Positions 38,963 through 51,955 of a stretch of DNA of 64,000 nt are shown one piece after another. How positions within the stretch are numbered: position 1 is the stretch's first letter; the number at the start of each line of letters is the position of its first letter. This stretch comes from Lama glama (Eukaryota). A program made the position numbers and the translations under genes. The notes under the pieces were generated by a model. It searched no databases. It had not been told where the DNA came from and worked only from the letters and a program-made list of their open reading frames with translations. Where the stretch lies: assembly GCA_028534125.1 (NCBI GenBank), contig CM052816.1, forward strand, positions 86,926,001 through 86,990,000. Reading direction: 5' to 3'.

Positions 38963-39412
38963 TGGTTCTTACTGTTATGTAATGTGAATAACTTTGTGGA
39001 TTTCACAGTGTTACTTCAGAACAGTTATTGGTTATTACTAAATCAACTTGACTGATGGATTGTTTTAAAATGTTGACCAAAAAATGTTGACAAGTTCTCA
39101 GTGATTGGGTGTGGAATGTGTGCCTTAGAATATTTCTACTTGTTTATAGACTTTGAATTTGAAAATTAATAGATAAAGAGTTTCCTATCTTAATCCTGTC
39201 AATGATCAGTATTAAAAGAACTACCTAAAATATCACTGTGGTGTTATTAAGCAAAATATTTTATCAACAAAAATATAGGAAAAAAATAATAGTAAAAGGT
39301 GACTTTCAATCAAATCACTTTCATATATATGAAACAATCTAAAGTAATGTCTTTATTTTTTCTTATTTTGTATCAGTGGTGAAAATTCTTTCTTTATAAA
39401 TAAGAATGATCT

Positions 39413-39655
39413 ATTCACTATTTTTTTATTGAGTTATAGTCAGTTTACAATGTTGTGTCAATTTCCATTGTAGAGCACAATTTTTCAGTCATACATGAAC
39501 GTACATATATTCATTGTCACATTCTTTTTCGCTGTGAGCTACCCCAAGATCTTGTATATATTTTCCTGTGCTATACAGTATTATCTTGTTTATCTATTCT
39601 ACATATGTCTGTCAGTATCTACAAATTTTGAACTCCCAGTCCATTCACTATTTTT
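39413..39655 (-). mobile_element. Young short L1 3'UTR insertion with 13-bp TSD
   Basis: TSD attcactattttt at 39413-39425 and 39643-39655; on the minus strand the target reads TT|AAAA (L1 endonuclease consensus). Confidence 0.93.
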
Positions 39656-40885
39656 AATCCCCATTTAGACTAAACTAAAATGTCTGTACTTCCAAACTGA
39701 CATTTATTCAGTGCCCCAAATTAAGGATTTCAACAGTGAAACATTTCATTAGTGTAGGGCACCTAGCATAAAAATATTCTCAGTGATGAATGTACTGGTA
39801 TTTTGATAAAATAGTACTTTAAACTTGTGCCTAGTGAAATTATTTTATCCAGCTTACACTGTTTTTTGGTTTTTTTTTTCCACATCATCCTAGAAGTACA
39901 CACTGTCTTGCAAAACTACATTTTTTCACTCTCTCTCTTCCTCTAGTACAATATGAGCACCAGTATGGCAGTGACTGTCTTTTTTGTGTAATTCTACATC
40001 CTCAGGGTTGAGAAAAGCACTGGTATGTGGTTAGTATTCAATAATAAATATAGCTCTAGATATCATAAATATGGAAATACAATTTTAACTGAATATATAC
40101 TTAAAATTAGTTATGTCTCACATCATACATCATTTGTCCATTAATTTAAACCTAAGTTATTTTTTAGTTAAAAAATAAAGGAGAAACAATTGTGAGCCTA
40201 AAATTGTGAGCTCTCAAAAGAAAAGGTCTTTTAAAAGTGATGAAAAAAAGAGAAACATTTATGATAAAATATCTGCACAACATAGTTGATAGATTTTTCA
40301 TATCTCTTTATGGACTAGACATACTAAAGTATCCATGTGTATAGAAAAAGTAGTCGAACGGATTTAGCATAGTCCAAAATTTAGTGAATGCACAATTTTT
40401 AAACATTAGAAGCAACCCCAAGTAGCTGTAGCTAGATATGATATGCATTTATGTTACCCAGGAACTGTCCTAGAATCTATGTTTTTATCCAGTAGGGAAT
40501 ACATTTCACATAAAATTGAGTGATGAATAAAATAAGACCAACATATATTTTATATAAGAAGGTTAAAGGGAGATCAGAGAATATAGAAACAGAAGGCAAA
40601 GAAAAACAGAACACTGATATCTGTATCGCAGTGAGCATTTTTAGAGTGTGACTGAAGGAAATACTATTTTACAATGCAGTTAGATATAACTCTGTCCTTC
40701 AAGTGAATTGTCAGCAACTAAAAATGAGAGATGAGTAACATTATGGAAACAGTATTAAGAGATCTGATAAGAAAATAGTCTCTGGTCAGTGGTCAATGTG
40801 GATCAAGCACAAAGTGAAATACGTACACTAAGAGTAAGGGAAATTCAGTAATGAAATAAGAAACTTCTAAAATGGAATTTTTGAT

Positions 40886-41297
40886 TTGCAATCTTGGGAG
40901 TTCCCTGGATAAACTTTGAAACTAGTTCCTTGTATTCAAAGGGCAAGGAGAGCCCAAAGAAAAAGGCAGACCACCCCCGATTGGCAGGTGGCAGTTTTAC
41001 TAAGCAAGAAAACTTATTTATATGAGGCTTTTCTGAAACGGCCTCAAGACAAGCAAATCTCCAGACTCGCCAGCCAGATCCTTGTAAGTTTATATAGCGG
41101 CCTTAATGGAGTTTGTCACATATACCACCCAGATGGTCTCAACATGTGCTCTCAAGGCTATGTCCTTGAAAACTCCTACCGTGGAAATGGTGGACAGAAT
41201 GTGCATTTCACGACAGGGGAGGGTGAAGACCCTCCTATTGTTTGGGTCCAGTTTGAGTGTCAATCAGTGGTCACATTTCTCAATGACATCTCCAGTG
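40886..41297 (-). mobile_element. ERV1-class solo LTR (family not named)
   Basis: About 410-bp GC-richer block. The minus strand has a TATA box (ctatataaac), a downstream agtaaa signal and a TGCA end; ORF 40916-41314 is incidental. Confidence 0.6.
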
Positions 41298-41589
41298 GGA
41301 ATGGGAAAAAATGATCTTGTTTCCTTAAAGATGTAAAACTTGTCATTGTAATCAGTTGAGAGGAAAAGAAAATCAATGTCAAAACTCTCTTGCTAGATGC
41401 AAGTAGATAATTTATGAAATTATTTTAGATCAATAAATGCAATAAATAGAATAAGTTCTACATCATGTCCTCAGTTTTTTCCAAAGTCAGTTATCAATTT
41501 TCTGGTATCATGTTTTAAGAAATAAAACATGTTGGGAATCTGTGTATAAAGTAGTATCCAACTGGGTATGTTATTGCCGTCAATGCTAC

Positions 41590-41670
41590 CTGGACTTCCT
41601 CTGCAGTGTTGTCAGCACACTGCTACCACGGCCTGTGTTCTCGCTCCCTTTCTATTTCCATGTGGGTTTA
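41590..41670 (-). pseudogene. Exon-like segment, 81 nt, phase 2-2 (KPTWK*KGSENTGRGSSVLTTLQRKS)
   Basis: Acceptor ttattttttag, donor CAG|GTAGCA; one TAG. Confidence 0.4.
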
Positions 41671-42364
41671 CTAAAAAATAATCCAAGCAAGGCAATTAAT
41701 AAAGTCTTTTTACAGAATATCATTTCTTATTTCTTTCCAAAACTTTTCTAAATGAGCTTCAAAAGTAACCACTGAAGATGGCAGAAGATTACTAAAATGA
41801 AGTTGACTATAATTGTTTTGCCAAAATAATTGCTTCTATCATGGGTACTTAAGTGCGTGACAGAGCAAAATGCAACCTATTCTTGCCCAGAGAAGTTTTG
41901 AAATCAGATTAGTCCAAGAAAGGTGGCTTTGTTTATTTCAGTTATCTTAACAATTCAATCCTGGGTTTATTGTAATTTAACTCTATTATGGTTTGATTCA
42001 ACCTTTTAAACCTAAATAATTGGATTTAGTTTTCTGAATTAGCTAATATTCTCTCAGAATCATAATATTATGAAACTGGCAGAGATAAAGAACACAATTT
42101 AAAATGTGCCTTAAATAATTCCAGGACACTTTAACCTGCATATATATAATATTTTTATAAATATACAAAATAAACCAAAGGCACTCAATTTAAATTCTGA
42201 AAGAAGGACATAGAAAGGGCAGTTACCTATATTTAAGTACTTTAAATTCCAATAAACAGAAATTGAAACATCACTGTCTTCCAATTTGGGTTAAAGGGTA
42301 GGAAGTAGCAAGGATCAATCTTCCCGTTCTAACAGAGTAAAAAGCAGTATCAATTATAAAATCT

Positions 42365-42370
<6 letters not shown>

Positions 42371-42438
<68 letters not shown>
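42371..42438. repeat. (AT)34 perfect microsatellite
   Basis: Direct reading. Confidence 0.98.
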
Positions 42439-42440
<2 letters not shown>

Positions 42441-43559
42441 AAGGATGTGTGCATGTGTTTATCTATTTGCTTTTACTTTGCTGAAGACTCAAAGAAACCT
42501 GCCTACATAAATACCAAAAAGAAACATGCAGATTCTAGGAGAGAGAAGATCTGTGGGAGCTTTCATCCCTTTGGCCACTGGATAAGCTGAGGGGCAGGCG
42601 CACCACAGAGAGGGTAAGGAGTAAGCCAAGCTTTAATGCCCTTTTAATAGCTGCATGTGGCCTGCTGGGAGCAGCTGCAACACAACACATCCACATCCAA
42701 ATGCCAGTTCTTTTCCAGGGCCTTGGCAGGTGGATGGTTTCAGCGTACCGCAAGCCAACAGCGAGGGAGGAGGGGTAGAAAAACAACATCCAAAGGTGAC
42801 CAGGCTTTTATGTCCGTGTGCAAGGTCACAGATTGTCAAAGGGTAGAGCAGAGCAGAAAGCTGAGAAGGATCCCCCGCAGGCATGCAGGGTCCTCACCAG
42901 GCTCTGCTCCACAGCCCACAAAGGGGGCCAGGGGTTGGGGCAGGAGAACAGAAGGGAACCAGTGGAGGTCAGGGCCTTCCCTCCAGGCACAGAGGTGGAG
43001 GCACATGTCCTTTGGTTTCGGCAGCTCTCTTCCCTAGCCCACCTGTGTGGATCCCACAACACCTAGATTCTCCAAGCAGGCAAAAAGCAAACTCGAAACA
43101 CCCATCCACCTTCATCTTCTTCCTCTGGTCCTAAAAAAGAATGTCCTTGTAACTCAGCATCCTCTCTTCCATTTATTACAGCTGACAGCAGTGGTGCTGA
43201 GTGCACACCCTTGGAACATCTTGTAATTATTGCTACACAGTTTTCGTTGTTACTAATGAAGTCAAAGCATCATTTGATAAATATAATATGCCTTAGAGCA
43301 TGATACACAGCCCTAGCCTAGCAGCAAAGTTGGGGATTTTAATAGACTTTTCACAGCTGCTTCTCTGGACCATCCCAAAGTTTCTTTAACACAAGCAGTG
43401 GGATATAGCTAATTGTATATGCAATCCTCAGGTGAATTAATTGGAAATGGGTCCTGATTATTATGTTTTCACCTCTTTTATTTTGTTTAATGAGGCCAAA
43501 ATTGACAACAGTAAAAGGGATAATTCAGCATCTACTTAATTTGTTCACTGTGTGGAATT

Positions 43560-46500
43560 TTTAAAAAGCCTGCTAGAATTTTGATTAGAATTGCATTAAA
43601 TTTATAGATTAATTAATGTAGAGAATATTGACACCTTATGTAAACTGACTCCTTTATTTCATGACCATGGTATGTATATCTTTTCATTAATATAAGTATT
43701 CTTTAAATTCATTTAGTAATTCTTTTGTAGTAAAAGGTATATATATCTTGCACTTACATCGTTACATTTATCTTTAACCATTTTATTTTCATATGTTCCT
43801 ATAAATGGCAGCTTTAATTTCATTTTCCAAGTTTTCCCTATTATGGATAAATACAGTCAATTTTGCATAATAATGTGGTAACCTGCAACTTTGCTACAAT
43901 TACTTATTAATTCTGCTTTTATATTCTGTAGAATTTTTTGCATACAAAATTATATCATCTTTCTTTCTAATATGTGCATCTTTTATTGATTTAATTTGCC
44001 TTGTTGCACTAGCCAAGATCTTCAGTAAAATGTAGAATATAAGTGATGATAGTGAACAGTCTTTCTGCTGATCTTAGGAGGAATCAGTCTTTCAACATTA
44101 AGTTCGGTCTTAGCTCTGAGCTTTTCATAGTGTTCTGAACAGTTTAAGGATGTTTTATCTATACATGATAGACTAAGATTAATTATCATGAATGGAAACT
44201 GGATCTTACCAGTTTTTTCCAGTTTTATTTGAGTGATTTAATGATTTTATCTAATTTATTATTTTAATATGTTGAGCCACATTCATTGATTTTTTTTATG
44301 TTAAGAGAACTTGCATTCTTGGGATAAATTCCACTTAATCACTATGTATTATCTATTTTCCTCAATTGTGTACGTTGCGGAATTTGATTTGCTAACATTT
44401 CTGTTAAGGGTTTTTGGCAACACTTTTTTTTTTCTATTTTGTAATATCTTTTTTCTGGGTTTGATACCAGTAAAACTCTTGCCTCATAAAATGATATGGA
44501 AGGGTTTCAATATTACCTATATTCTTAAAGAGCTTATGTAAGGTGAATAGTATGTCTTTCTTAAGTATTTGAAAGAATTCACCAGCATCCATAAATGACT
44601 ACAGTTTTTTTATGGGATAATTTTTAAATACACAACATACTTCAAGTCTATAATAGGTACAGTAATATTGAGGTCTCTATTTCTTCTTTTCCTTTTTGGA
44701 AAATTCAAGAACTTTCAATGTATTTTACATTACTAAATTTATTAGCGGAAAGTTGCTCAAGATATTTTCTTACTAACCGTTTAATGTCTGCATGGACTGT
44801 AGGAGCGACCCGGGTTTTGTACCTTGGCACTTTATTTCTTCTCTTTTTTTGATTGGTTAAGCAAGCTAGAAGATCAATTTTATTTAAGTTTTTTTTAACT
44901 GAATATATATATATATTTTTTTCTGAAGAACCCTGATTAATCCATGTGGTAAAAATCCCTTGTTCTCTTGAAAAAAAGATTGTTTATTTTGCTGATAGTG
45001 AGTGTAATTAGGTCATGTTGTTTAATAATGTTGCTCACTATTTCTGTATCCTTACTAATTTTTCCACTTGTTTTATCAATTATTGAGAGAGGAGCAATGA
45101 AATTCTAACTATATATGTGGAGTTTCCAATTCCTCCAAACAATTTTTGCTTTCTGTATTTAAAAGCTCTATTCTAGGTGCTTGCACATTTAGAAGTTTTT
45201 ATCTTTCTGATATATTTACCCACTTAACATAACGATTGTGTCTCAATATCCTGTCTAATAAGGACATATCTAAAATTTTTTTTAATATATGAGCATTTTA
45301 GCTTACTAATGATTAGTTTATGGAAAATATATATTTCCTATCCTTTTTTATTTTAACCTGTTTCTTTAGAATTTGAAGTGGGTTTCCTAAAGACTGCAAA
45401 TTTTTGAGACTTCTTTTTTGTTCAATTTGAAGTGTTTATAGCATTTATTGATTAATGTAAATATTGCTGTTATTTAATGTTTATTATTGCTATGTTGTGA
45501 CTGTTATACAGTGTATCACTCTTTTAAAAATATTTTTTCCTCTTTTTTGGATTGAGTATTAGTTTGCTAGGTCAGCCATAACAAAGACCAACATTGGGTG
45601 GTTTGAACGATGGAAAATTTATTTCCTGACAGTGCTGGAGGGTAGAAGTCCAAGATCAAGGTGTCGGTAGAGTTGGTTTCTGTTGAGGCCTCTCTCCTTT
45701 ACTTATAGATGGCCTTCTCCCTCTGTCTTCACATTGTGTTCCCTCTGTGTGTGTCTCTGTCCTGATTTCCTCATCTTATGTAGATACTGGTCATTTTGGG
45801 TTACAGACCACCCTAAATATATTATTTTAACTTAATTATCCCTTTAAAGACCCAATCTCCAAATCCAGTCACATTTTGAGGTACTGGGGGTTAGGACTTC
45901 AACATATGAATTTTGAGGGTATACAGTTCAGCCCATAAGAGATGTATATTTTTAAGATTGCATTTTTATTTCCACCATTGCTTCTTTTGTGATATTACTG
46001 TGTGTTATTTACTTCTTCATTTATTACCCTAAAATTTAAAGTACATATCTTTAATTTATTACTTTATACCTCCAAATAATATTATGCTAACTCAGATAGA
46101 AAACTTAGAATATCCTTTCATTCTCTTCTCTGAGTATTTGTACTCTTTTTGTTGTATATGGTCCTCCTACATATGTTAACAATCCCAAACTCACTGCTAT
46201 TATTCCTGCTTTAAAAACTGAATTGCTTTTAGATAAAAATTTTAAGTAATAGAAATTTTTCTTCTCTTTCTTTCTGTCTGGAACTCTAATGAAAGTATGT
46301 TCAACCTCTTGATATTAGCTCACAAATTACTGATACTCTGTTCAGTTATTCAGCCTTAAAAGTTTTTCCTCTCTCTGTCCTTTATTTGTATGATTTTGAT
46401 ACCTATGTCTACAAGTTTGCTGATTGTTATTTCTGTAATGTTGAAGTTCCTCTTAATCCCAGCTAGTTTATTTCTAAATTTCAAATAGTATATATTTCTT

Positions 46501-46570
46501 CTGAAATTCCCTTTTTATCTTTTTAAAATTTTCTATTAATCTCCTATTTATATCCATGCTTTCTTTTGTA
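43560..46570 (-). mobile_element. Ancient L1M ORF2/ORF1 remnant, interrupted by MLT1B
   Basis: gaattttgattagaattgcattaaatttatagatt; ttgcattcttgggataaattccactt; tcaattattgagagaggag. Confidence 0.85.
45555..45940 (-). mobile_element. MaLR solo LTR, MLT1B-like, full length
   Basis: gaagtccaagatcaaggtgtcgg...gaggcctctctcct...cagtcacattttgaggtactgggggttaggacttcaacatatgaatttt. Confidence 0.92.
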
Positions 46571-46721
46571 TATTTAGCCTAATAAATAAACATACTGACA
46601 ATATATATTTAAAGAAATATGAGGATACCTGATATTTCAAGCAAAATTAAGGCTTTTATATTGATTTTACTGTAATTAATGTAAAATCATTAATATATTT
46701 CACTTATGATTTTTGTATATG

Positions 46722-47524
46722 TATTTTTAAATGAAATGTAGTCAGTTTACAATGTGTCAATTTCTGGTGTACAGCATAATGCTTCTGTCATATGTGAAAA
46801 TGCATATATTCATTTTCATATTCTTTTTCCCCATAAGTTACTATAAGATATTGAATATACTTCCCTATGGTATACAGTACATTTTTTATATATTTTATAT
46901 TAGTTAGTATCTGCAAATCTTGAACTTCTAATTTATCTCTTCCCATCCCCTTCCCACCCTGGTAACCATAAGTTTGTTTTCTATATCTGTGAGTCTGTTT
47001 CTCTTTTGTAAATAAGATTGTTTATCTTGTCTTTTTAGATTTCACATATAAGTGATATCATATGGTATTTTTTTTCTTTCTCTTTCTGGCTTACTTCACT
47101 TAAAATGACAATCTCCAGGTCCATCCATGTTGCTGCAAATGGCATTATTTTATTATTTTTATGGCTGAATAGTATTCCATTGTATCAATATACCACAACT
47201 TCTTTATCCAGTCATTTGTCAATGGACATTTTAGGTTGTTTTCATGTCTTGGCTATTGTAAATAGTGCAGCTATGAACACTGGGGTACATTTATCTTTTT
47301 GAATTAAGTTTCCCTCGGGATATATGCCCAGAAATGGATTTGCTAGATCATATGGTAAGTCTGTTTTAGCATTTTGAGTAATCTCTATACTGTTTTCCAT
47401 AACAGCTACGCCAAACTACATTCCCACCACTGGACAGCTATGTATAAATCAATGAAGTTAGAACACTCCCTCACACCGTACACAAAAATAAACTCAAATG
47501 GCTTAAAGACTTAAACATAAGACA
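46722..47524 (-). mobile_element. L1 3' end with 5' inversion (twin priming), camelid-type
   Basis: 46722-47429 is antisense 3'UTR/ORF2 end; 47430-47524 is a sense-orientation ORF2 piece (ctggacagcta...aaagacttaaacataagaca). Confidence 0.88.
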
Positions 47525-47540
47525 TTTACACTTGTTTAAA

Positions 47541-48135
47541 CCTTTTTTTATTGAAGTATAGCTAATTTACAATGTTGTGTTAGTTTCAGATGTACAGTAA
47601 AGCAATTCAGTTATACATAAATATATTATTTTTCAGATTCTTTACATTATAAAAGATACTGAATCTTGTTTCCTATGCTATTGAGTAGGTCTTTTTTTTT
47701 AATTTTATATATAGTAGTGTGTATATGTTAACCCCAAACTCCCAGTTTATCCCCAATTACTTACTCCTTTGGTAACCATAAGTTTGTTTTCTATGTCTGT
47801 GAGTCTATTTCTGTTTTGTAAAAAGTTCATTTGTATAATTTTTTTAGATTCCATGTATAACTGACATCTCATGATTTGTCTTTCTCTGACTTACTTTTAT
47901 ATGATAATCTCTAGGTCCATCCCTGTTGCTGCATTATTTCATTGTTTTTTTATAACTGGGAAATAGTCCATATATATTTATATCAATCACATCTTCTTTC
48001 TCCATTCATTTGTTGATGGACATTTAGATGCCTTCCGTGTCTTGGCTATTGTAGATAGTGTTTCTGTGAACATTGGTGTGCATGTATCTTTTCTAATTAG
48101 AGTTTTCTCAGGCTGAATACCCAAGAACGGGTTAT
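47541..48135 (-). mobile_element. Second L1 3' end (older cetartiodactyl subfamily)
   Basis: ttttttattgaagtatagctaatttacaatgttgtgttagtttc; ORF 47987-48244 contains LGIQPEKTLIRKDTCTPMF (ORF2 C-terminus). Confidence 0.92.
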
Positions 48136-48479
48136 GTAGTTTCCCTTTCACTTTGGTATAAATAAAATCCCTTGATAATTCAAAATCCATGCAAGATAAA
48201 ATTATATCAGAATTCTCCAATAATTGCAAGTTTTGGGGTTTCATATCATCAAAAATCTTTATATTTAAAACATAAAGTATTGTTTTAAATTTCTGCTTTT
48301 ACATGTTTTACGATAATGAATAGTAAGATAATTTTATACTTCTTAGTTTGACTAAGAGATGAAGAGTGAATCAAAACAAACTTCTGATAAGTCAATAACT
48401 AAATGACAAAAAGTAAATATTTGAAAAGGTAGTGATTATTTTCTAAGTATACAAATGAAATAAGTAATCATATGGGGAA

Positions 48480-50595
48480 TTAGAAAACAAACAAAGTGAT
48501 AATTGTCAAGACATGATCTTAAGTTGCAGTTCAATTTAAAATGTCTAGTTATGAATCCAAATGCACAATGAGAAAAAGGACTTAAATCAATGATAGAGGT
48601 ATCTAGCAGGAACATTTTTGAAAACAAAATACAAATTAAATACAAAGAAATAAATACAATAACAAGGTCAAAAGTTAATAAAATTGAAAATAGAAATATA
48701 TTAGGGAAAATCAACAAAACCAAAATTTGATTCTCTGAAAAGCCTAGTGAAATTGATAAACACCTGGCCAAGCTTGTTAGTAAGAATGAAGTCACAACTT
48801 ACAAATTGAGAAGAAACAAAAACTATCACTGTCAACCCTAAAGATATAAATATACATTTAAAGTTCATTATGAGAAATCGGTATCTATTTATTTGGAAAT
48901 TCAGATGGAATTATAGCACTGTTAAACAAAGACAAGTAACCGAAGATTGTACAGAAATAATGGAAAATCTTGATATTTTCATATTCATTAAAGAATTTGA
49001 ATCTATATTTACACAACCTTCACTAAGCACTGTGATAATCTTACATGATTTCTCTAATGCTTACAAACTTCATAGAAAGACAAAACAATTACATAGAAAT
49101 TACTGAAGAGAACATTATGAGAGAAAATACCCTAAATCATTTATGAGGCCTCCACATTCTTCATACCAAAGCCTTACTAGGATTTTCAAAGAAAATAAAA
49201 GTATTATTGTCAGTTGAGAAAATTTTTAAATTACAAGAAAATGTTAGTAATCAAACTAGTGCTATAATAGTGGAGCAGAACAGAGAGACTGAAAATAATC
49301 CCACACATATAAAGAAATTCAGTTAATAGTAAAAGGTATAATATATGGCAGTATCTTTTCAATTAATGATGCTGGAGCATTTGATTATCTATAAGAAAAA
49401 AATAATTATCCTGACCCCTAAACCATACCATGGAAACAAAATTTTATATGAATGGTAGTTTAAAATAAAAATACTGAAAAATAAAGCATTTGACTATCTT
49501 GATTACTTAGAGTAAGGATAGAATTCTTAAACAGGGCACAAATCTCATAAAGTATTTTAACTACAGGAAGAGACCACTAGTTTGAATAACTTCTGAATTA
49601 AGAACATTTTTCATCAAAACTTATGATTAGTAGAGTAAAATAGCATACCACTTACTGAAAATATGACTGTTTTTATATATAGTTGAATATATGTGTATAT
49701 GTGTATGATATAACAGGGTTTATACTGTCTATATGTCTATCTAAGGAAGAATGACTTATACCTAGTGATTAAGAAGAATTCTTACAAATTACGAGAAAAT
49801 GACATCCATCAGTCCTATGGAAAAAAAGGCTTAGTTTTTGAGCAATCATTTTGCAATGAAGAATGATATCAAAAGTGCCTACCAAATGAAGTACCAATAT
49901 ACAATAATTAGAATGAGTAAAATTAAAACAGCTGAAATTTTTCTTTTAAGTATTGGCTGAGGTGTGGAACGACTAGGACATTTAACATTGCTGGCTGGAG
50001 TATAAATTAGTACAACCACTTTGAAATGTTTAGGCAGTTATGGTAAACATAAGCATAATCTCTGATCTCAAAATTTTATTGCTGTATACGTACTCAAGAG
50101 AATAACAACTTTTGTCCAGCAAAAAAGCAAATAATACACATGGAAGAAATAATAGTAGCAGCCAAAAAATAACAGTAATCCAAATATCAATTTAAGTAGA
50201 TGGATAATCAAAGTGTGGAAAATCAAAGTATTTTTATAAAATGCAATGTTATATATTAATGTAAATTAACAAGCCACTGCCACAGATACTACCATGGAAA
50301 AATCTTACAAAAGAAACTCACAAATATAGCACTGAGTGAAAGACACAAAATGATGCTTGTACAGTTTGATACTTATAGTCAAAACAAGCAACATGGAGCC
50401 ATAGTGATAGAATTTGAAACTTTAGTCACCTGAGCAAGAAAAAGATAATTGCCTTCAGCATGAACTTTCTGCTATGCTTTTAATTTTCTTTTCCTTGATA
50501 TGGGGAATGGATATAAGGTTGTGATGAGTTAAAACGTTCATCAAGCTACTCACTTTAGGTGGAAAATGGTTGCCTCAAATATACTATATTTCAAG
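48480..50595 (+). mobile_element. Ancient L1ME-like ORF2 to 3'UTR remnant with internal deletions
   Basis: aaaatcaacaaaaccaaaatttgattctctgaaaag; cattgctggctggagtataaattagtacaaccactttgaaa. Confidence 0.8.
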
Positions 50596-50647
50596 CATTT
50601 TGGGAGCATTTTATATAGATATTTTTTCTTCCATCAAGTTTTTGCTT

Positions 50648-50769
50648 GAATTTAGAACATGGAATGCAGAACACAGAATTTAGAATATAAAATACATAAT
50701 ACTGAATATAGAATATAGAATATAGAATGTAGAACACAGAATTTAGAATATAGAATACAGAATACTGAA
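50648..50769. repeat. 7-bp (AGAATAT-like) minisatellite with 63-bp higher-order period
   Basis: agaacacagaatttagaatata...aatactgaa starts at 50668 and again at 50731. Confidence 0.9.
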
Positions 50770-51372
50770 AAAAAAATTAAAAAAAAAGTTTTTGCTCATA
50801 ATTTTAAAAATAGGAAAATAAAATTAGAAAGGGTAAGGATTGGTTATTTGCATGAAAGCTGAGGAAATTCTTTTAATTATGTTCTCTGAAATTGTGTAAT
50901 GGATAGAAGTGTGGAAATAATTTGCTTAACAATCTGATATGTGGTAAATTATAAATAAATATTTTTCAAAAGAATTTATTTTATTTTAGTTTTTCCAGGA
51001 TATGAATAAAAATAGATAATAGATAAGGTTGATGATAATTCACTTCAAATCTGAGATAATTTTCCCTTTAATTTAGAAATATGCTATGAAGAGGGTAAAA
51101 TTTGATTATTAAAGATGTTATAAAATAGTCTGCTGGAAATATTTCCTATACTGTCATAAAATTTAAAACAATCAGTTAAATGAAACAAAAAATATTGTAG
51201 AAGAAAACTATAAATGATCATAAGTTTAAAATAAATTCTCTAGAGTTACACAATTTGATGTGCTCACTGAAAAAATTCAATTTGGAGACTAGTTTTTAAT
51301 CTGAAAAAAAAGTTTAGGGGAACATGACAAATGCTGAAGACCCAAGAAACCAGAAAAACATCAAATGAAATT

Positions 51373-51955
51373 TCAGGTTAATTTGCATGATTCCTGAATT
51401 CCATTAATTGTATTGTAAAATTTATAAGCAAAGCCTTTAGCACTGTCTGAAGTCTCATTTGGATTCAGAGCCCTTGGAAAGCTCTTTATGATAAGTTCCA
51501 TGAGTATTGACATTTTTAGAAAATTTTATTAATGGATCTTCATGAGTATTGAAAACAGGCTATCATAAAGCACTTCATTAATGGCTGCAAGGAAATAGGT
51601 ACCAACTGATTTTAGCCATAATTAGAGGGCTTGACCCCATGCAGTTATGAGTTATTGATCATTTAGTAGGTTGAAACATCTACCAGTTGTCTTCTGAGTT
51701 ACTTGCTCTCTAATTTTCAGATCGTCTGGTCAGAGGGAAGACTCTTTTTTTTTTCTTTTTACACCTGAACATAGCATAAACCAAAAATTTCAAACAACTA
51801 TGCTCAATGATATTCTACAACAACAACAACAAGAACAACAACAACAACAAAAAACTCTAGAGAAGTGCAACTTTTGATGGTCTGAAATATCCCTTCCAAT
51901 CAGTGGACACTTGATTTACGTTAGTCATCTTGTTCCTTCTTAGAGATATTGAAAT
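51373..51955 (-). pseudogene. Large decayed exon-like segment disrupted by a (TTG)n expansion and a 42-nt insertion
   Basis: Acceptor tttcatttctctcag. Phase-0 frame ISISLRRNKMTNVNQVSTDWKGYFRPSKVALL*; later frame PDDLKIREQVTQKTTGRCFNLLNDQ*LITAWGQAL*LWLKSVGTYFLAAINEVLYDSLFSILM[insert]ELIIKSFPRALNPNETSDSAKGFAYKFYNTINGIQESCKLT*. Confidence 0.45.
51817..51850. repeat. (ACA)n microsatellite, one interruption
   Basis: Direct reading. Confidence 0.9.

Noticed and set aside
40916..41314. 132-aa plus-strand ORF
   Set aside because: Lies almost entirely within an LTR-like block, has a non-ATG start and no retroviral protein motif.
42535..43134. Cluster of seven overlapping ORFs
   Set aside because: Expected from locally high GC; no frame stands out and CpG density is too low for a CpG-island promoter.
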